Assembly (NCBI GenBank): GCA_033764955.1
Contig: JANRIL010000005.1
Span: 1-64,000 of the forward strand
DNA: 64,000 nt
Origin: Cyanobacteriota bacterium
Lineage (GTDB): Bacteria; Cyanobacteriota; Cyanobacteriia; Thermostichales; Thermostichaceae
Direction: 5' to 3'
Shown: positions 1-9,412 of the stretch, piece by piece
Position numbering within the stretch: the first letter of the stretch is position 1
How the letters are laid out: each line of letters begins with the position of its first letter
The notes under the pieces: model-generated
The model's input: only the letters and a program-made list of their open reading frames with translations
Database searches by the model: none
Told to the model about the DNA's origin: nothing
Made by a program: the position numbers and the translations under genes

Positions 1-66
1 CGACGCCCAACCCCACTTGGAAACACCACAGCAAAAGTTGGTCGGCTAGTCCAAATTGTGCGGAGT

Positions 67-135
67 ACGCTGACCCTGGCTATCATCCCGACACCGACCC
101 TATCGGTTAGGGTGCGGGGCTTCCCGCCGAGTAAG
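67..135 (-). repeat. GC-rich hairpin resembling an IS200/IS605-type element end
   Basis: Minus strand CGGCGGGAAGCCCCGCACCCTAACCGATAGGGTCGGTGTCGGGATGATAGCC forms a nested hairpin; the resemblance to cyanobacterial IS605-family ends is from recall only. Confidence 0.3.
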
Positions 136-489
136 CTAAAAACTTTCTTTTCAGGTTTTGTTGCTGTTTCATTGAAGGGAGGAGCCAGCACCCACCAAAT
201 AGAGGGAGAAAGGATCCCTAGGATGATGGGGTAACCGTCAGGAGTCGATCTGGGATCCCGTTCCATAAGCAAGGCGTTAGCCGCACTGCTCCCATCTTTA
301 GGGTTAAAAGCTTCGCAGCAGTTGGCGCTGAGTATGGTCTGCTAGGGTAGTCCTATGCAAGTAATAATGCATGGTAGTGATGCAAAAAATTGAAGATAAT
401 CCCAATAGGGTTCTCCAGTTTTTTGGAAAAGAATGGAGTTTTTCTGACTGGTCTTCCGATCTGCGGTCTAAGAGTATTGTTTAATCGTT

Positions 490-512
490 ATAGCTACGCC
501 AAGCTACGCGAA
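490..512. repeat. 23-nt dispersed micro-element, copy 1
   Basis: ATAGCTACGCCAAGCTACGCGAA; removing it restores the L-I-E-R-L-N-N-T-L reading of InsB. Confidence 0.7.
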
Positions 513-771
513 CAATCAGAGAGGTTTGCTCTGTTTCTTTGCCAACAGCTTCATGCTGATTTTTAGGAATAACTTTTTGATAAGCTTTCCAGAAATTCAG
601 CATAAAAATTACTATTATTTTCCCAAGCTTTTGGCAATCTCTTCCATAACCTTTTCACACTTTCTCTGGTTCTGGATCCGATATAAGCGGCTACAACCAT
701 TCGAGTCTCTTTCTCCATGACGATCCAGAGCCATTGTTGATTGTCTTTAGATCCTACAAACAACCATAGTA

Positions 772-794
772 ATGGCTATGCCAAGCTACGCAAA
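772..794. repeat. 23-nt dispersed micro-element, copy 2
   Basis: ATGGCTATGCCAAGCTACGCAAA, 20/23 identical to copy 1; removing it restores Q-C-D-V-L-W-L-F-V-G-S-K. Confidence 0.7.
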
Positions 795-867
795 CATCGC
801 ATTGCAGGAAAAGACGCTAACGCGAACAACGTGCCTTTTTTTGTTGGCGTCAGCCTTTTGAAACCAT

Positions 868-1641
868 TTAGCTGAGAAAAAGGACGGGAGAAAAAACCTC
901 ATAAATGAGGGTGAGGGGCTGCTGCTGGTGCCAGAGCAGATAGTATCTAGCCCAAAACGGACCCGGATGGGCAAATAGAGTTTGTAAGGTCAACGATTGT
1001 CCCCAATAAATTTGTCGCAAGTCCCGAAATATTTCGCGGCGGGCACTCCACAAGCTTTGCCCGATGGGAAGGCTGGGATCCGGCAAAAATTCCTGAATCC
1101 GCAGGGGATCCCACCAAGAGGCGGCGTAGAGGAGCGGCTGACCGGGTGGCTGACGAGGGGTTGGGTGCAGACAGACTCGGCGACACATCAGGGGATGCCC
1201 CAATTCAACCAACTCAGGAAAACATTGCCTAGGCAGACCTTCCCCTGCTACTTCCTGGCTGGACAAAACCTCGGCTGAGATCGTTTGCCCCGTGATCAAC
1301 TGCAAATGACGGGTGGTCAGACCATCCCCTAACAACAACAGCTGCCCTATCGGGGGAAGGGAGGGGTGGGAAATACCCTGGGGGTAATCGTGGGGATCCC
1401 CTTGCCAAAGAATGTCTAGAAGGATGTCTTGCTCCCCTGCCTCAGAGAGGCGTAGGGAATGGCTCTCACCACTGTGATCAGCAGCAGTAGCCCTACTAGA
1501 CGGTTGAAGATATCCCGACCAAGGCAACTCCGAGGCAGCGGATGAAGCCGGATTCCAGAAACTAGCCGTCCCAGTTTTGTCAGGGATGCCATACCGACAG
1601 TCAGCCGAAAAATCAGGAAGTGGAGGAGTGGTCAAGGCCAC
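868..1641 (-). CDS. Chorismate lyase-like (DUF98) 4-hydroxybenzoate synthetase
   Basis: LLLGDGLTTRHLQL and LYAASWW..PIGQSL..REIFRD motifs; start uncertain. Confidence 0.8.
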   Translation of the reverse strand: MALTTPPLPDFSADCRYGIPDKTGTASFWNPASSAASELPWSGYLQPSSRATAADHSGESHSLRLSEAGEQDILLDILWQGDPHDYPQGISHPSLPPIGQLLLLGDGLTTRHLQLITGQTISAEVLSSQEVAGEGLPRQCFPELVELGHPLMCRRVCLHPTPRQPPGQPLLYAASWWDPLRIQEFLPDPSLPIGQSLWSARREIFRDLRQIYWGQSLTLQTLFAHPGPFWARYYLLWHQQQPLTLIYEVFSPVLFLS

Positions 1642-1729
1642 GGCAAACGTATTAAGAAGTGTTAATAACAGCTTATCCTGTTGTGTCGCCTCCTGGCATA
1701 GTCCGTGGATAACCGCATGGGTTGTGGGA

Positions 1730-2326
1730 TCAATAGCGAGGGAGAAGGCGGGATTCTAGCGTGAACTCAGGGATCTCTGGTAACGCTTTGGCTTCTAACA
1801 GATATTGCTCACAAACCAAACTAAGACGGATCCCTTGGCTTTTGAGGGGGGTAACGGCATGAGTAAGGTTGCCCTGGAAATAGAGCAGTTGATTGACCTG
1901 GGGCAGAATGGATCCCACTTGTTTTTTGCCCGATTTGAGAATTAAGGATCCCCCTGCTAAGGGTGTAGGAAGATGCAGGTACAGCACACTCACCCAAGCC
2001 GGTGGATCAATGGTTTTGCAGTAAGAACGGAGGCTGCGATCGATGTGGGGATCGACACGGGATCCCTGTTTCAGCAGTAGCGGATTGAGATAAAAAGCGT
2101 TGCAGTCAGGCAATAGCACCCTTTGTAAATAGGGACTGAGAAAAGGAAATCTCTCCTCTACCTGAGGGATCCCTGCTCGTTGAAAGACAATAGAAAACCC
2201 CTGGGTATCCACAAAATCTCGATTCAAATTGTTGACCGACAAATAGGGAGAAGCTAGAATCTGCTTCTGAAGTTTTTCCAGATAACTCACCGGAAAAACA
2301 GACATATTATGATAAAAATAACTCAA
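1730..2326 (-). CDS. 2OG-Fe(II) oxygenase family protein
   Basis: HxD (PHID), VSVLYL, GGSL, H and RLS motifs. Confidence 0.8.
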   Translation of the reverse strand: MSYFYHNMSVFPVSYLEKLQKQILASPYLSVNNLNRDFVDTQGFSIVFQRAGIPQVEERFPFLSPYLQRVLLPDCNAFYLNPLLLKQGSRVDPHIDRSLRSYCKTIDPPAWVSVLYLHLPTPLAGGSLILKSGKKQVGSILPQVNQLLYFQGNLTHAVTPLKSQGIRLSLVCEQYLLEAKALPEIPEFTLESRLLPRY

Positions 2327-2463
2327 CCCTTCATCCTCCCTATCCCAGCTTTTCGGTTGAAAGCAGGTTAATCACAGACCCTCTCTGAAGCACTGGCTAC
2401 AACCCTCACCTTTTCTCAACCGCGGCCTCAATGCTAAAGGTTATATGCACTTCCCCATAAGCA

Positions 2464-2585
2464 ATATTGCCCTCGATTTCTATGATCGGTCTAATCAAAG
2501 CCACCCAGTTGGTTTTAGAGTCCGGTAGTTCTGTGCTGATGTAGTACCGCTTTCCAGCATAGTTGAACCCAAGCTGTAACCGACC
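2464..2585 (-). pseudogene. Remnant N-terminal arm-binding domain (DUF3596-like) of a tyrosine integrase
   Basis: Translates GRLQLGFNYAGKRYYISTELPDSKTNW; lies 3' of tRNA-Gly; no catalytic domain follows. Confidence 0.6.
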
Positions 2586-2899
2586 ACAAATACAGCAACG
2601 GATCCGCTGGAAGTCTTACGGGACTTATAGTCATTCCAAATAAGAATGCGACCACCTAAACCCTGATATCCAAGCTTTGAGAGATTTTGGGGTTCTCAAA
2701 CTAAATTGGAACGACTATATGATTAAGGTCTGAAGGCATTATGGTGTAACTAGCAGAGGTTTTACACCAATTACACCCGCAAACTCGTTCAAACTCAGTC
2801 AAACTTCGACTAGATGACCTAGCTTCTTCTCTAGCCGGAGATTGCTGAAGACCTTGCCAGCTATAAAAAATTTGCCTCTAGAGCGAATCGCGTTTTTTA

Positions 2900-2970
2900 A
2901 GCGGGTGGACGGAATCGAACCGACAACAACTGCTTGGAAGGCAGTGGTTTTACCACTAAACTACACCCGC
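2900..2970 (-). tRNA. tRNA-Gly(TCC)
   Basis: GCGGGTG acceptor stem, anticodon loop CT-TCC-AA, GGTTCGATTCC T-arm. Confidence 0.97.
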
Positions 2971-3043
2971 ACGGAGTCTTAGTTAACCCTGGGGAAGCCA
3001 TCTTAGCATGTATTTAGGGATGCCTAGAAGGCACTTACCCGAT

Positions 3044-3766
3044 TTAAGCCTGCCTTAGCTCCAGATATTTTTGGCGTACCTGCTGAATATCCTGCCACAT
3101 CAGCCACTTGGGGCTGCCGGGAGTGCGGCTGGGATTACGCAATAAATAGGCAGGGTGAAAAATCGGCATCACCCAGCGCTCCTGCCATTGCATCCATTCG
3201 CCGCGAATTTTGGTGATGCCCCGCTTGTCCCCCAAGAGGGAGCGCACGGAGGTTGCTCCTGTCAACAAAATAATTTGGGGATTGACCAAACGAATTTGCT
3301 CTAGCAGATAAGGGCGACAGGCATCCATTTCCGTCGGAGTGGGCACGCGATTTTGGGGGGGACGACATTTCACTACATTGCAGATATAAACATCCTGTTC
3401 CGGATCCAATTCCACCGATTGCAAAATTTTGTCCAACAGTTGCCCAGACTTGCCAACGAAAGGGATCCCTTGCAAATCTTCATTTTCTCCTGGGCCTTCC
3501 CCAATAATCAGAATGCCCGCCTCTGGGTTACCCCGTTGAATAACCGTATGGGTTCGTCCGCTGGCCAGGGAGCAGCGCTGACAGATTTGGCAGTGGGTGG
3601 CTAAATCCTGCAAGCTGGCATAGGTTCCGGGCGGAATAGCAGACTGGGCATCCGTAGGGATCCGGTCATAAGCGGTTACCCCATCCGCCGCAACGGGACT
3701 GACCGCCGCGCTCATTTCAAAGAGGCTTTGTTGAAATTCATGTTGACTCATAGGCGGAGAAATCAC
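3044..3766 (-). CDS. udg: Uracil-DNA glycosylase family 4
   Basis: CxxC Fe-S ligands, GEGPG, PFVG, KCRPP, HPAYLLR; true start perhaps 3751. Confidence 0.93.
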   Translation of the reverse strand: MISPPMSQHEFQQSLFEMSAAVSPVAADGVTAYDRIPTDAQSAIPPGTYASLQDLATHCQICQRCSLASGRTHTVIQRGNPEAGILIIGEGPGENEDLQGIPFVGKSGQLLDKILQSVELDPEQDVYICNVVKCRPPQNRVPTPTEMDACRPYLLEQIRLVNPQIILLTGATSVRSLLGDKRGITKIRGEWMQWQERWVMPIFHPAYLLRNPSRTPGSPKWLMWQDIQQVRQKYLELRQA

Positions 3767-3821
3767 CCATCAAAGGGGAGAAGACAGAAGCAAAGCAGAA
3801 GCCGGATCTCTAACAGTGATT

Positions 3822-4592
3822 TTATTGGGGAACCGGAATGCCGCTCACACTCAGTTGATGCTGACGACTGGGATAGTCGGCCAAATTGAGGGAAACCGAG
3901 CGGGATCCGGTCAAACTGGCCAAGGGGATCCGCACCGTACCTTGAAACACCTGTCCGTTGGCGGGCAACTCCCCCGGTAACCCCTGGGTGCTGGCGGCCA
4001 CGGAACGCCCTCGTTCATCGGTGACTTTCATAAAACTATAGAGAAAGCGCACCCCTTGAGAGGAGTTATTTTGCATAGCCACATTTAAGACCAACTGCCC
4101 AGCCTCTTGGCGAGCCGATAATACCTGCAAAGACACCTGCCCAGAGGCGGTTTGGGGATTAGCAGCCACTACTGGGGGGGGAGGGGCGATGGGAGGGGCT
4201 GTCGGGGTAGCCAACTCAGGAGATAAGGCCAGAGGGGTGGCCGTCGGGGTGGGCGTGGGGCTGGGGGCAATGGGTTCTGGGGTGGGCGTAGCCAGGATAA
4301 GAGGGGTGGGGGTGGGGGTAGGGGTGGGATTGGGAGTGAGGGCTTTTTTGGCGGCCACAATCACCTCCTGCTCATTCACTAAGGGAATCGTGCGGGGATC
4401 CCGAAATTCCACAGCACTGGTTCCGCCTGGTCTTGAGGTGGTTGCCCTGCCGACGGGAGAAGAGACCCCGGAAAGTGCCCGTTGCCCAAAAACGAATCCG
4501 AGGGAGGCACTAAACACAGCCGTCGAGATAAAGATACTCAGCCACAGCAAAGCCCCCGATAGACTAGAAGATGGTTCACGTAAAGCAGACAT
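3822..4592 (-). CDS. Membrane-anchored protein with Pro/Thr-rich linker
   Basis: N-terminal TM helix, PT repeats, C-terminal beta-rich domain. Confidence 0.7.
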   Translation of the reverse strand: MSALREPSSSLSGALLWLSIFISTAVFSASLGFVFGQRALSGVSSPVGRATTSRPGGTSAVEFRDPRTIPLVNEQEVIVAAKKALTPNPTPTPTPTPLILATPTPEPIAPSPTPTPTATPLALSPELATPTAPPIAPPPPVVAANPQTASGQVSLQVLSARQEAGQLVLNVAMQNNSSQGVRFLYSFMKVTDERGRSVAASTQGLPGELPANGQVFQGTVRIPLASLTGSRSVSLNLADYPSRQHQLSVSGIPVPQ

Positions 4593-4758
4593 GGGGATCC
4601 CTCAACACAGGTTGGCAACCAGCAACTCTTGAACCGTTTTTCGACACCAACGGTTCACAGGCCTGACACACGCTTTATCCAGTTGTAGCTCGAAGCGGGG
4701 GAGTTGATGCCCTATTCCACCATAGAGAGGGATCCCTGAGCTTGCCATTAGATCAACC

Positions 4759-5031
4759 CTAGGAGGAAACCGACTTTTCTCTGGCTTGGAGCGTGTTGGG
4801 ATCGAGGATGGGCAAATGGGATAAGAACCAGGGAGCAGTTGCTTCCAACGACATCTGCCTCAGCCAGTCCGAGAGGGTTTTGCTCAGCACCAATCCGGCT
4901 AAAACAGGCAAAGTCAATACACTCAGTCCCCAAGCAAGGCAGGAATGATCAAGGGAGGACGAGTAGGTTGCCTGGGGAGTGGGCAAGGGCTGGGAAGGGG
5001 ATCCCTGATCATCCGGAAAGTTGTTAATCAT
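4759..5031 (-). CDS. Hypothetical protein
   Basis: 90-aa ATG ORF with a hydrophobic segment. Confidence 0.5.
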   Translation of the reverse strand: MINNFPDDQGSPSQPLPTPQATYSSSLDHSCLAWGLSVLTLPVLAGLVLSKTLSDWLRQMSLEATAPWFLSHLPILDPNTLQAREKSVSS

Positions 5032-5226
5032 ACTTAAAGTTTATGAAAATTTGCTGGAGTGTGAGGTAGATTACCACTATTTGCTGATGGAAGTCATCAT
5101 TAGAAATGCCCACACCTGCCTACACTAGCAGCTAGTTGAATTTCCACCACTCCCCAACCTCTATTCCAGTGATTCCAGGTTGAGCCTTGCTATTCCCAAG
5201 CGTGCCCATCACAAGGAGATCTTTAC

Positions 5227-6456
5227 ATGTTAGACACCCAAATGACGGCAGCCACTGCCCAAGCGACTTCTCAAGAGACAACTCAGGCCAAACCCTTGCA
5301 CGGCTACAAAAACCTCAAGCTGATTGAGAATAACTATCGGCGCAACATTAGCAGTGACTATACCGAGCGGATGGAACACCTCGCTGCCGATTTTTCCTAC
5401 GCCGATCATGCGGATGTCAACTGGCTCGATCCTGAGTTTTCGTTGCTGTATGGCAGCCCGATCTATGAGCAAGCTTCCGATAGCCAGAAACGTGCCCTCA
5501 ATCATCTCTATTGGGTTTGTTTTTATAACTATTCGATTGGGGGTGAGGTGGCTACGATGGTCTTCAATCAGTTGACCTGTGGAGCCTTTTATCCCCTGGG
5601 TGGATACGAAACCCTCTGCCGCGAACTGGATGTAGAAACCTCTCAAGAACGCACCCATGTCGAAGCCTTTCGTCGCATTGGACAAGCCACGGAGATGGCG
5701 TTGTTGGGGGAACTGATTTTTGATCGACCGATCCCCAGTTTTATGGATTCGGCGATGGTGCATCCCCAGCAGGGCGGGCGAGCATTTTTCCAAAACATCC
5801 TACCCCAAGCCTACTATCAAGGGATCAGCCGTTCTCCCTTTATGGCTAGCCAGTATTACACCGTGCGCGGGATCCGCAATATTCAACTCAAGGTGAAAGA
5901 GTATCAACACTCTCAGTTTTTTCAAAAGCTAGAGCAATCCGACACCCCAGCGGCACTACCAGCCCCCTCGGCTATTTCCCACTACCACTATCTGGATGAA
6001 GCCTTCCACACCGCAACCTCTCAATTGGTTTCCCACCAACTCTACAAAGACTTTCCCAAGCCATCCTTGCTGGATCGCAGCTTGAGCAATATCGGAGTGC
6101 TGGGGGTGCAGCGCACTGTCCGTCATCTTTCTGCTGCGGTGCCGGGGATCTTTTCTGAAGATCGTACCTACCTCCCTTTGGTAGACAAAATGTTACAGTC
6201 GCCTCTGTTTGGTCTGTCAGCAAGCGAATCCCTGCGCTTGCTGCAAGCCTCCTTTTGTCAGGAACACGAGGGGTTTCATGTGGGGGCTAAATATCACCAA
6301 CGGGCGCTGTCCGATAACCGTAAATATGTGGATGGTCTCGATTATCTCTGGCCGATCAACCGTGACTTGCGGATTATGGCTTCCGCTTCGATTGAGAAAG
6401 CCCTCAAGCTCAATCAGCAAGCGTGGCAGGAATATACACAGACAAGGGCGGCCTAG
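5227..6456 (+). CDS. Ferritin-like dimetal-carboxylate enzyme, CylC halogenase/AurF-like
   Basis: EVAT, ETSQERTH and HYHYLDEAFH metal-ligand motifs; AGGAG RBS. Confidence 0.75.
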   Translation: MLDTQMTAATAQATSQETTQAKPLHGYKNLKLIENNYRRNISSDYTERMEHLAADFSYADHADVNWLDPEFSLLYGSPIYEQASDSQKRALNHLYWVCFYNYSIGGEVATMVFNQLTCGAFYPLGGYETLCRELDVETSQERTHVEAFRRIGQATEMALLGELIFDRPIPSFMDSAMVHPQQGGRAFFQNILPQAYYQGISRSPFMASQYYTVRGIRNIQLKVKEYQHSQFFQKLEQSDTPAALPAPSAISHYHYLDEAFHTATSQLVSHQLYKDFPKPSLLDRSLSNIGVLGVQRTVRHLSAAVPGIFSEDRTYLPLVDKMLQSPLFGLSASESLRLLQASFCQEHEGFHVGAKYHQRALSDNRKYVDGLDYLWPINRDLRIMASASIEKALKLNQQAWQEYTQTRAA

Positions 6457-6480
6457 GGTTAGCTAAAGGGATCCCTCTCG

Positions 6481-7170
6481 CTAGATCAACTCCAGCACCA
6501 GGTTATGGAGGGCGGCGTTGACATAGGTGGTGTTGCCGTGGGTTTCGACCTTGCCGCCATCTAGGTGCATGTGGCCGCAGAGATAGTAGCGGGGATCCAG
6601 CAAGCTGACGAGGGGGCGCAGGGTGGGGGTGCGCTTGTGATACCACTTGCCCCCTTCATCCAACACGCCCTGGGGAGGCGCATGGGTAATCAACAAATCC
6701 ACCCTGGGCAAAGGCTGTGGGGCTGAGTTCCGTTCATCGCTAAAGCTCTCAACCAATTCCTGAAGGCGGGTGGACGTGAGCGACCAATTCCAGCCACAGG
6801 GGGGAGTCCAGGGGATCGTGACCAGCTCTAGTCCGAGCAGTTGCAGGCGGCAGGCGGTGGTAGCGATCACGCCGTGGGATCCCTGAAAATTCTCCAGCAC
6901 TGGGGCGGCTGGGTCATGATTTCCTGGCAAAAAGAGCCAAGCTTTGCCCAGTTGATCCACCTCAGCCAAAAAGTCGCGCAACTGCTCCACTTCTGCCTTG
7001 CCGCGGGGATGATAGCCCAAGTGGGGATCCAGGGGTTGCGCGCCCGCCTGGGAACAAAAATCCCCGCAGTTGACATAGAAGTCTACCTCTGGAATCTGAT
7101 CGAGAGCAGCTTGCATCAGTTTTTCGCTACCGTGGTAGTCAGAACCAACCAGAATTTTCATACTGGGCAA
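6481..7170 (-). CDS. Metallophosphoesterase
   Basis: SDYHG, GDF, GNHD, THAPP, GHMH. Confidence 0.9.
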   Translation of the reverse strand: MPSMKILVGSDYHGSEKLMQAALDQIPEVDFYVNCGDFCSQAGAQPLDPHLGYHPRGKAEVEQLRDFLAEVDQLGKAWLFLPGNHDPAAPVLENFQGSHGVIATTACRLQLLGLELVTIPWTPPCGWNWSLTSTRLQELVESFSDERNSAPQPLPRVDLLITHAPPQGVLDEGGKWYHKRTPTLRPLVSLLDPRYYLCGHMHLDGGKVETHGNTTYVNAALHNLVLELI

Positions 7171-7175
7171 GCCGA

Positions 7176-7652
7176 TTAACGGGAACGATCGGAGGCACTG
7201 GAGAGAAGAATGCCCGCTTGCCGATAGATTTGCTCAAGCGTGCCTTTCACATCTTTGAAGACTCGGCGGTCAGCATCATATTCTGCCCAGACGGTGGGCA
7301 ATCCGTAGATATAGCGGCCCAAACCAAAGCAGGAGCAAGCCCGTTTGAAGGCGCGCGCCACCGCACTGGTAAATTTGTTGTCCCCGTCTTCTCCCACCTC
7401 CCCAATGTCTTCACGGGCTACCCCCAAGAGGGTCAACTGACAAATGACGGCGGCTTCTCCCCAGGGGCGATAGCTGACTTGCCAATCTTCTGGCCCCACA
7501 ATATCGTCGAGACACTGCTGATAAACGCGGATATCGGCGTAGGGCATGGCTAGGGCACGGGTTTTGTCACGGGTGGTGGCTCCCGGCTTGATTTCTAGCG
7601 CCTTGAGGGGAAAGGGCTGACAGAGGTGGGGGTAGATTTCACGCAGTGACAT
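7176..7652 (-). CDS. Rad52/Rad22-family ssDNA-annealing protein (DdrA-like)
   Basis: QPFP..EIKPG, ALAMPYADIR, LDDIVGPEDW, AFKRACSCFGLGRYIY; start reassigned to ATG 7652. Confidence 0.8.
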   Translation of the reverse strand: MSLREIYPHLCQPFPLKALEIKPGATTRDKTRALAMPYADIRVYQQCLDDIVGPEDWQVSYRPWGEAAVICQLTLLGVAREDIGEVGEDGDNKFTSAVARAFKRACSCFGLGRYIYGLPTVWAEYDADRRVFKDVKGTLEQIYRQAGILLSSASDRSR

Positions 7653-8093
7653 AACGAAGGATGGAAACTGTTTAGAATGTTTAGAAAAAGTTAAAAGCAA
7701 CAGGCAGCAGATGCCTTGAGGGAAAGGGATCCCTTCCTTTCTCCGTCCGAATGATAGCCTTTTGGGCGTAAAGTTGCCTGCTTTAGCTTGGCCTGTCTTC
7801 TGAATCTTTGCAGGCACCAGCCATGGGTCGAACCCATGGAGAACAAAGCAGAAGTATTGATTCATGGCGGTAAAGCCTTACAATTCTGGGTTCTTAGCGT
7901 ATCTTCTAGGGCTAATTATTGGGTATGAGTCAATAACCTAAAGTATTTGGTGTCTCCACAACTAAAATATATGATTTGGCAGTAGCTCACTAAATCTTAA
8001 GATTCAATACTTGTGAGCAAAATCCTGACAGGAAAAAGAAGGAAAGCCCAATATTACTGTCCTTTACCTCACAATATCTTAAGTAAAATGTTC

Positions 8094-8193
8094 TACAGCA
8101 ACCCTAAGTAAGATGTGAGAAGATTTTCCCCCTCTCCTTGCGGGAGAGGGGCTAGGGGTGAGGGCGGTTCACGGATCAAATAGGGTTGCTGTA
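8094..8193. mobile_element. ~100-bp MITE, copy 1
   Basis: Perfect 13-bp TIRs TACAGCAACCCTA/TAGGGTTGCTGTA with internal CCCCTCTCC-GGAGAGGGG hairpin. Confidence 0.8.
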
Positions 8194-8204
8194 AGATCGA
8201 AAGA

Positions 8205-8303
8205 CATAGTGACCCTAAAAAAGACATGAGAGGATGTATTCCCCTTTCCTTATGGGAGAGAAGCTAGAGGCGAAAGGGATACGGATCAAACAGGGTTACC
8301 ATA
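8205..8303. mobile_element. MITE, degenerate copy 2
   Basis: CATAGTGACCCTA...ACGGATCAAACAGGGTTACCATA, collinear with copy 1. Confidence 0.7.
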
Positions 8304-8408
8304 ACATCAACAGATCTGAATGAATCGTTCAGTCGGCAGTATTGATCGGAAGTTGGGTTAATACATCTCCAAACAAATTATTTTAACGTATAGGGACAAG
8401 GACACATC

Positions 8409-8678
8409 ATGGGCATCATTTCTTGGCTAGTTTTAGGCTTGTTATCTGGGGTGATTGCCAAAGCTATTGTGCCTGGCTATCAAGGTGGTGGGTGGCTAGG
8501 AACCCTATTACTTGGGGTGATCGGAGCCTTTTTGGGTGGCAGCTTATATGGATTTTTTCGCACGGGATCCCTACAATTAATCGCTACTCAATTAACTATT
8601 CCAGGAGTATTTGTGGCCGTTTTGGGTTCGATCCTTGCTATTTATCTTTATGGTGCATTCTCCCGTAGGAATCTATAG
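8409..8678 (+). CDS. GlsB/YeaQ/YmgE stress-response membrane protein
   Basis: MGIISWLVLGLLSGVIAKAIVPG..GG.LGT..LG.IGA signature. Confidence 0.9.
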   Translation: MGIISWLVLGLLSGVIAKAIVPGYQGGGWLGTLLLGVIGAFLGGSLYGFFRTGSLQLIATQLTIPGVFVAVLGSILAIYLYGAFSRRNL

Positions 8679-8973
8679 TACAGCGTATCGCTTTTGAAGT
8701 TATAGCAAATCAAAACTGGAAAGCCATGGCAGGAAGGAATTACAGACACTTCACCGTGCTTCTTTGATCCATAATCTGTTGCCTGGACATATTGAGAGTT
8801 GATCATACCCACGACAGCCTTTCCCTCTTGACCAAAATTGCCGAGTATTTGGCTCATTCAAGCGATTTAAACGGACATTCAACTAATGATTTGCTATACT
8901 TAAGATCCGATTCCTGAGTTACTCGAACTCAAGAAACTTGCAACTTGTTCCTTAGCTCAATGTGGAGAATATC

Positions 8974-9156
8974 ATGAGTATCAATGATCGTGCTCAGGCA
9001 ACCGCAAAAAATATTGAAGGCAAAGTCCAGGATGCCGTTGGTCAAGTGACCGGAGACACTAAAGCGCAAGCAGAAGGCAAAGCCAAGCAAGTTGAGGCCA
9101 AACTTCAGCACGCTATTGAAGATATTAAAGACGAGGTCAAAAAACTGGTTGACTAG
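8974..9156 (+). CDS. CsbD family stress protein
   Basis: AKNIEGKVQDAVGQVTGD..AEGKAKQ. Confidence 0.9.
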   Translation: MSINDRAQATAKNIEGKVQDAVGQVTGDTKAQAEGKAKQVEAKLQHAIEDIKDEVKKLVD

Positions 9157-9291
9157 TCTTTAATATCTACCGGACAGAAATGATTCCTAGCGGTTAATAG
9201 CTACTTCGAATCATGGTTTTAGTTTCAATGGATAGATAGGTCCCCATGCTTTCCCAGGGCAGACGGATCTATTTTCATGGAGAATATTTCA

Positions 9292-9376
9292 TATAGTAAC
9301 CCCGTTTGCTCTGTGCCCCCTCTCCCGCAAGGAAAGGCGAACAAATTCCCTACACATCACACTTAGGGTCACTATG
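9292..9376. mobile_element. MITE, inverted degenerate copy 3
   Basis: Reverse complement CATAGTGACCCTAAG...TCCTTGCGGGAGAGGGG...GGGGTTACTATA matches copies 1 and 2. Confidence 0.65.
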
Positions 9377-9412
9377 GTGTAAAGATTATTATCGGTAGAG
9401 AGAGGTTGAGCT

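Larger units (their letters stand above)
346..805 (-). pseudogene. IS1-family transposase (InsB) remnant with terminal GGTAGT end
   Basis: Minus-strand fragments QCD.LWLFVGSKDNQQWLWI..YIGSRTRESVKRLWKRLP and IERLNNTLRPQIGRPVRKTPFFSKKLENPIGIIFNFLHHYH match IS1 InsB; interrupted by frameshifts and small insertions; GGTAGT IR-like end at 346. Confidence 0.8.

Noticed and set aside
1..300. GTGCG motifs suggesting a group II intron 5' end
   Set aside because: No domain V, no RT ORF and no supporting structure is visible
4169..4360. G-rich tandem repeats and overlapping Pro- or Gly/Val-rich ORFs
   Set aside because: Explained by the PT linker codons of the 3822-4592 gene; the others are shadow ORFs
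7653..7865. N-terminal extension of the Rad52-like ORF
   Set aside because: Low-plausibility sequence; homology begins at MSLREIY (7652)
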